Assembly: GCA_958296005.1 (NCBI GenBank)
Contig: CATQHQ010000001.1
Span: forward strand, 200,134-264,133
DNA: 64,000 nt
Origin: Longimicrobiales bacterium
Lineage (GTDB): Bacteria; Gemmatimonadota; Gemmatimonadetes; Longimicrobiales; Gaopeijiaceae
Reading direction: 5' to 3'
The position numbers and the translations under genes are program-made. Below the pieces are notes generated by a model. The model was not told the origin of the DNA and made no database searches. It worked only from the letters and a program-made list of their open reading frames with translations. This document shows positions 60,158 through 64,000 of the stretch, one piece after another; position 1 is the stretch's first letter, and each line of letters starts with the position of its first letter.

Positions 60158-61186
60158 CTAGTTGGACGCCGCCCGAACTTCCCGGTTCTTCAGCGCCAGC
60201 TCGACCAGTAGCTCTTCCAGCTGGTCTTCGTAGCGCTCCAGCGGCATCTGGTTCTTCACCGCCCGAAGTGCGTCGATTCGGGCTTCGATCTCGGCTTTCT
60301 CTTCGTATAGAGCCCGGAGGGCCGGGTCGCTTGCGGCCCGCTTGGCCGTTGCGCCGCCCGCCAAGGACAGAAACACCCGCCGCGCCAACGACCCGTCGCC
60401 CCCTGCCGCATCGCCCGCCACCGCATCCACCTCCCGGCTGCCTTCGCCGTCGCCGTTGTCGTCCAGCACCGCGTGTTCGGTGAGAAGTTGGTTGTCGCCC
60501 TCGTACTCGCGCTCGACTTCGTGCACCGCGTAGCTGAACGCCTCCAGCACCGACACCCTGGAGTTCTTGTCCACGTCGGCGTCTTCGCCCGCGAACGCTT
60601 CGACGAAGTGCAGCCCGAAGCGCGTCATGTTGCGCTCCCGGCCCGTGCGGGTTGCGGCGATGATCGTGCGGTTGGGTCCCGAGAGGGCTTCGACGAACGG
60701 ACCCGATGCGCTGGCCATGTTTACGAAGGTGACGCGCCGGTTGCCCAAGCCCTCCAGGAGGAAGGCGAACTCCCCGGGCGTCATGTCGGGCCCGGGGATG
60801 TTGAAGCGCGCCTCGTCGTTGCGGAAGGTCCCGTGGCCGGCCAGCAGGACGACCAGCTCGTCCTCGGGGGCCATCGACATGTCCAGCGTCGCGAAGGCGG
60901 AACGGATGTTCTCGGCAGTGGACCGGGCCGAGATGCGGGTCGGGTCGATCTCCGTTTTCTCGCCCAGATAAACGATGCGATCGGGGTCCACGCCGTACTT
61001 CTCGGACGCGACGTCGGCGAAGCGGCTGAGCCACCCGTGGAAGGCGTCGGTGTACTCGGGGTCGCCCCCCAGGCCCGCGACGAGGAGAACGTGGGCGTCC
61101 CCCGCCTGGAAGCCCGCGGAGGGGAAGGCGCCGACTGCCGCGACGCCAACCGCCGTCGCCACGGCGTAGCCTCGCGCTCGTCTCAC
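60158..61186 (-). CDS. clan-CD (legumain C13/caspase-fold)-like protein, nucleophile position Ser instead of Cys
   Basis: 'VVLLAGHGTF' (His-Gly dyad) and 'VTFVNMASASGPF', where legumains have '..EACESG..'. C-terminal coiled coil. GTG 61186 overlaps the upstream TGA (GTGA). Fold assignment is from motif memory. Confidence 0.6.
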   Translation of the reverse strand: MRRARGYAVATAVGVAAVGAFPSAGFQAGDAHVLLVAGLGGDPEYTDAFHGWLSRFADVASEKYGVDPDRIVYLGEKTEIDPTRISARSTAENIRSAFATLDMSMAPEDELVVLLAGHGTFRNDEARFNIPGPDMTPGEFAFLLEGLGNRRVTFVNMASASGPFVEALSGPNRTIIAATRTGRERNMTRFGLHFVEAFAGEDADVDKNSRVSVLEAFSYAVHEVEREYEGDNQLLTEHAVLDDNGDGEGSREVDAVAGDAAGGDGSLARRVFLSLAGGATAKRAASDPALRALYEEKAEIEARIDALRAVKNQMPLERYEDQLEELLVELALKNREVRAASN

Positions 61187-63480
61187 GCCAGCCCTCGCCT
61201 GCGCCGGTACGCCCACTCCCCCACCAACAGTCCCGCCAGCAGCAAGAACACGGCGGGCATGTCCCACAGGTCGCGCTCCTCGCGCACGGTTACGCCCCCG
61301 CCGGCGAACCGCACATCCTCGGCGAGCTGGTCCACCGTCTCCAGCGTGTAGTAGCGGCCGCTCGTCTCCTCGGCGACGCGCTCCAGCAGGCCGCGACGCT
61401 GGTGCGGGTCCCGAAACTCCTCCAAGCTAGGCGCCACGCGGACGTTCGTCCTGGCCGATCCGAACACTGTGGAGTCCCGCCCCGCGGCGTCCACGACGAC
61501 CTCGAAGATGCCGTCGGACTCGGGCACGAACATCGCGGCGTACGATCCGTCCTCTTCCACCGACCAGTCCATGGCCAGATCCTGCGCGACGCCCGCGGGC
61601 GTCGTGATCCGGGCCGTGACCGTCGCCCCGTTCACCTCCACGAATCCGGCGTCCGCCACCGTGGCCGTGATCGTCGCCGGCTCGCCCGCCTCCACCGACT
61701 GCCGCTCGGACGACGCCTCCACCGGGTCCGGCGTCTCGGCGACGGTCCAGCGCAGCAGCTGCCTCCAGAACGTCTCGTGGCTCTGGTCCTCCAGCGGCAC
61801 CGTAGCGTCCATCTGCCACAGCCAGGTGTCCTGGACTGCCAGGACGATCGACCGGCCCTTGCCGTAGCGCTGGAACGCGCTCACCACCCGGTCGGCGGAC
61901 GGCCCAGCGCCCGAGACGACGGTGCCTGCCAGGAACTCCGTGGCGCCGGGCTTCAGCTCCAGGACCAAGTTGGTCGTGGACACCGCCGGCAACGAGTCCC
62001 ACCGAGCCTCCGACGCCTCCACCGTGCCCGCGATCCGCGCTGCCGGGTGATGCGCCCCCGCCAGCGTCGGCGCGACCTTCACGAACACTTGGCGCTCGGT
62101 CGGGGTCGATCCGTCGGGCTCCTCCAGCACCACCGGAAGCACGTCCTCCAGCGGCGTGCCCTTGTACCCGCCCTCGGAGAACGCGCGCCGTCCGCCGAGC
62201 ATCAACAGCGTCCCGCCCCGCTCGCCCACGAACTCGGCGATCATCTCCAGTTGGTCGTGAGTGAAGAAGCTGGCCTCGATCGAACCCAGCACCAGGGCGC
62301 GGTAGTTGTACAGCTCCTCTCGGGTGGTGGGGAAGCCGCCCAGCAGCTCCAGAGGGTCGTCCAAGTTGCGCCGGAGGAACTTGTTCTCCGCCGTGCGCTG
62401 AAGGAGCACGACCTGCACGCCTGCGTCGTCTTCGATCGCGCGCAACGTGAACGCGACCTCGTGGCGCGGCTCGCCCTCGAAGTACAGGATCTTCTCGGTG
62501 CGGTCCCGGACCTGCACCACCGCCCGCAGCTCGTTGTTCTCCAGCACGCGCTCGCCCGGCTGTCCGGCAACGCGAAACGAGAGTTCCCGGGCGCCCTCCG
62601 CCTCCAGCGAGACCGCGATCGGCACGACCAGAGGCTGCCCGTCCCGCGGCAACGTCACTTCTTCCTCGGCGACGATCCGTCCCATGTCCTCGACGACGAT
62701 CGACGCGGCCCGCCCGCCGTAGCCCCGAGCGTCCACCAGCACGTTCACCGGGAGCGACGACCCCGCCAGCGCCTTCGCGGGCACGTCCACGCGACTGATC
62801 TGCACGTCGGCGTCGATCTCCTCGTCGCCCAGCCCGACGGTGAACACCGGAACCGACGCCGCCCGCAACGGCAACAGGGCCTTGCCGATCGCGTCGTCGC
62901 TGTTGTCGCCCCCGTCGGACACCACGACGATCCCCGACAGCGGCACGCCTTGCAGCTCCTCCTGGACGTAGCCCAAGGCGCGTCCGATCCGCGTATTGCT
63001 TCCCCCGAAGGTCAGTTCCTCGGGCCCGCGCATCCGCGACGGCGCCGACGAGTAGCGGAAGTAGCGCAGGGCGAAGCGCTCCGAGAGGCTGGTCAGCACG
63101 CCTCCTTCCGGCGCCAGGAGTCCGGTCGCCTTCTCCGCTCTGGAACTCCCGTCCCGGTCGTCTATCGTCATGCTCTTGGAGTCGTCGATCAGGACCGCGA
63201 GGAAGTTCCGCTGGGGGACCACCGACGTGAGCACCAAAGCCGGCTGCATGAGGACGGCGAACAGCAACAGGAGCGCCGCGCCCCGAAGGACGCCCAGGAC
63301 CACCCGGTCGGCGAGCGTGCTCCGCCCCCGGGCCGTGGCGTAGCTGATCAACGCGGCCACGGCGCAGGCTGCGGCGACCGCTCCGACGACCACCGGCGGC
63401 CAAGGAGACAGGAACGCCAGCTCGCCTTCCTCGAGGAGGGCGGGCCGGTACTTGAAGAGGAACTCGAAGACGTCGCTCAC
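61183..63480 (-). CDS. membrane-anchored VWA-domain protein (Bat-cluster type, with a C-terminal TM)
   Basis: Two N-terminal TMs. MIDAS 'LAVLIDDSKSM'. 'IVVVSDGGDNSDD'. C-terminal TM 'AVFLLLAGLLVGEWAY'. Confidence 0.82.
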   Translation of the reverse strand: MSDVFEFLFKYRPALLEEGELAFLSPWPPVVVGAVAAACAVAALISYATARGRSTLADRVVLGVLRGAALLLLFAVLMQPALVLTSVVPQRNFLAVLIDDSKSMTIDDRDGSSRAEKATGLLAPEGGVLTSLSERFALRYFRYSSAPSRMRGPEELTFGGSNTRIGRALGYVQEELQGVPLSGIVVVSDGGDNSDDAIGKALLPLRAASVPVFTVGLGDEEIDADVQISRVDVPAKALAGSSLPVNVLVDARGYGGRAASIVVEDMGRIVAEEEVTLPRDGQPLVVPIAVSLEAEGARELSFRVAGQPGERVLENNELRAVVQVRDRTEKILYFEGEPRHEVAFTLRAIEDDAGVQVVLLQRTAENKFLRRNLDDPLELLGGFPTTREELYNYRALVLGSIEASFFTHDQLEMIAEFVGERGGTLLMLGGRRAFSEGGYKGTPLEDVLPVVLEEPDGSTPTERQVFVKVAPTLAGAHHPAARIAGTVEASEARWDSLPAVSTTNLVLELKPGATEFLAGTVVSGAGPSADRVVSAFQRYGKGRSIVLAVQDTWLWQMDATVPLEDQSHETFWRQLLRWTVAETPDPVEASSERQSVEAGEPATITATVADAGFVEVNGATVTARITTPAGVAQDLAMDWSVEEDGSYAAMFVPESDGIFEVVVDAAGRDSTVFGSARTNVRVAPSLEEFRDPHQRRGLLERVAEETSGRYYTLETVDQLAEDVRFAGGGVTVREERDLWDMPAVFLLLAGLLVGEWAYRRRRGLA

Positions 63481-63519
63481 GGCGCGACCCAGGTGGACCC
63501 GGGCAAGCTCGTCATCGCG

Positions 63520-64000
63520 TCAGTGGCTCATGGCGTAGACGATCATGTTCACGCCCATCTGGTAGGCGAAGGTGGAGCGGTCGAGGGGGTAGGTGGGCTG
63601 CTCCGCCCACTCCCAGGCGTCGCCCAGGTCGGTGTTCCAGTTGACGACGACCATGAGCCGCCCGTCGTCGTCGAGGATCCCCTTCACGTAGGGCACGTAG
63701 CCGTCGCGCTCGCTGTAGCCTCCGTAGTAGTAGCGACGGAACGCCGGCACTTGGAGGACCTCGTCGATCTCGTAGAAGGTGCTGAAGAGGGGGTGGTCCG
63801 TCTCCAGATCGACGATCGGCCGGCCCGGGAGCACCAAACTCATCTGGTACTCGAACTGAAGCCACTCGCGGGAGCCCCAGAAGTCGTCGATGATCAGCGT
63901 TCCGCCAGCCGTCAGGTAGTCCCGGAGTCCCTCAATCTCGGGCGGCGACAGGTTCATGTACCCCACCTCCAGCGCGTAGAGGAAGGGGTAGCGCCGGAGC
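63520..64000 (-). CDS. DUF4159 domain protein (copy 2), 5' end outside window
   Basis: 'YLTAGGTLIIDDFWGSREWLQFE', 'DHPLFSTFY', 'GVNMIVYAMSH' align with copy 1 (52002..52823). The frame stays open to nt 64000 ('RRYPFLYALEVGYMNL'). Confidence 0.85.
   Translation of the reverse strand, partial: LRRYPFLYALEVGYMNLSPPEIEGLRDYLTAGGTLIIDDFWGSREWLQFEYQMSLVLPGRPIVDLETDHPLFSTFYEIDEVLQVPAFRRYYYGGYSERDGYVPYVKGILDDDGRLMVVVNWNTDLGDAWEWAEQPTYPLDRSTFAYQMGVNMIVYAMSH

Overview
High-GC bacterial chromosomal segment. Hand counts of sample 60-nt lines give about 68% G+C in typical genes. The gene content (SusC/SusD pair, Bat/MoxR-type cluster, many secreted peptidases and lipoproteins) suggests a Gemmatimonadota- or FCB-like organism; this is inference only. 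I call about 44 protein-coding genes and one tRNA-Asn(GTT). I see no rRNA, CRISPR array, transposase or integrase. The ORF track prints M for GTG/TTG starts, and many of its long ORFs are GC-driven antisense or read-through artefacts.

Landmarks, left to right:
- Serine hydrolase 3' end.
- A low-GC islet with an ABC-type AAA ATPase plus a frameshifted DUF4276/TOPRIM-like gene.
- addA/addB.
- SusD/SusC plus a PKD-trypsin lipoprotein.
- gyrB, DUF721, recF.
- Enoyl-CoA hydratase, ssb-infA, three hypothetical genes and an odd 530-nt spacer.
- tRNA-Asn, class V aminotransferase, queG, D-aminoacylase, an OM beta-barrel protein.
- LVIVD plus DUF305 lipoproteins and a TAT-exported Gfo/Idh/MocA oxidoreductase.
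- An M14 / RCC1 / HExxH secreted operon.
- A ~24 kb co-directional minus-strand array: DUF1343, TolB-amidohydrolase, DUF4175-like, BatA-VWA, DUF58, MoxR, DUF4159, TPR-peptidase, K-channel-like protein, DEDDh exonuclease-BRCT, clan-CD-like protein, VWA membrane protein, and a second DUF4159.

The most interesting signal is a ~2.7 kb low-GC (~47%) insertion inside that array. It carries a translationally coupled pair: a 678-aa GNAT-PIN-(GNAT-like)-ASCH fusion protein and a stand-alone ASCH protein. I cannot assign this pair to any named system. I interpret it as a candidate RNA-directed toxin-antitoxin or anti-phage module.
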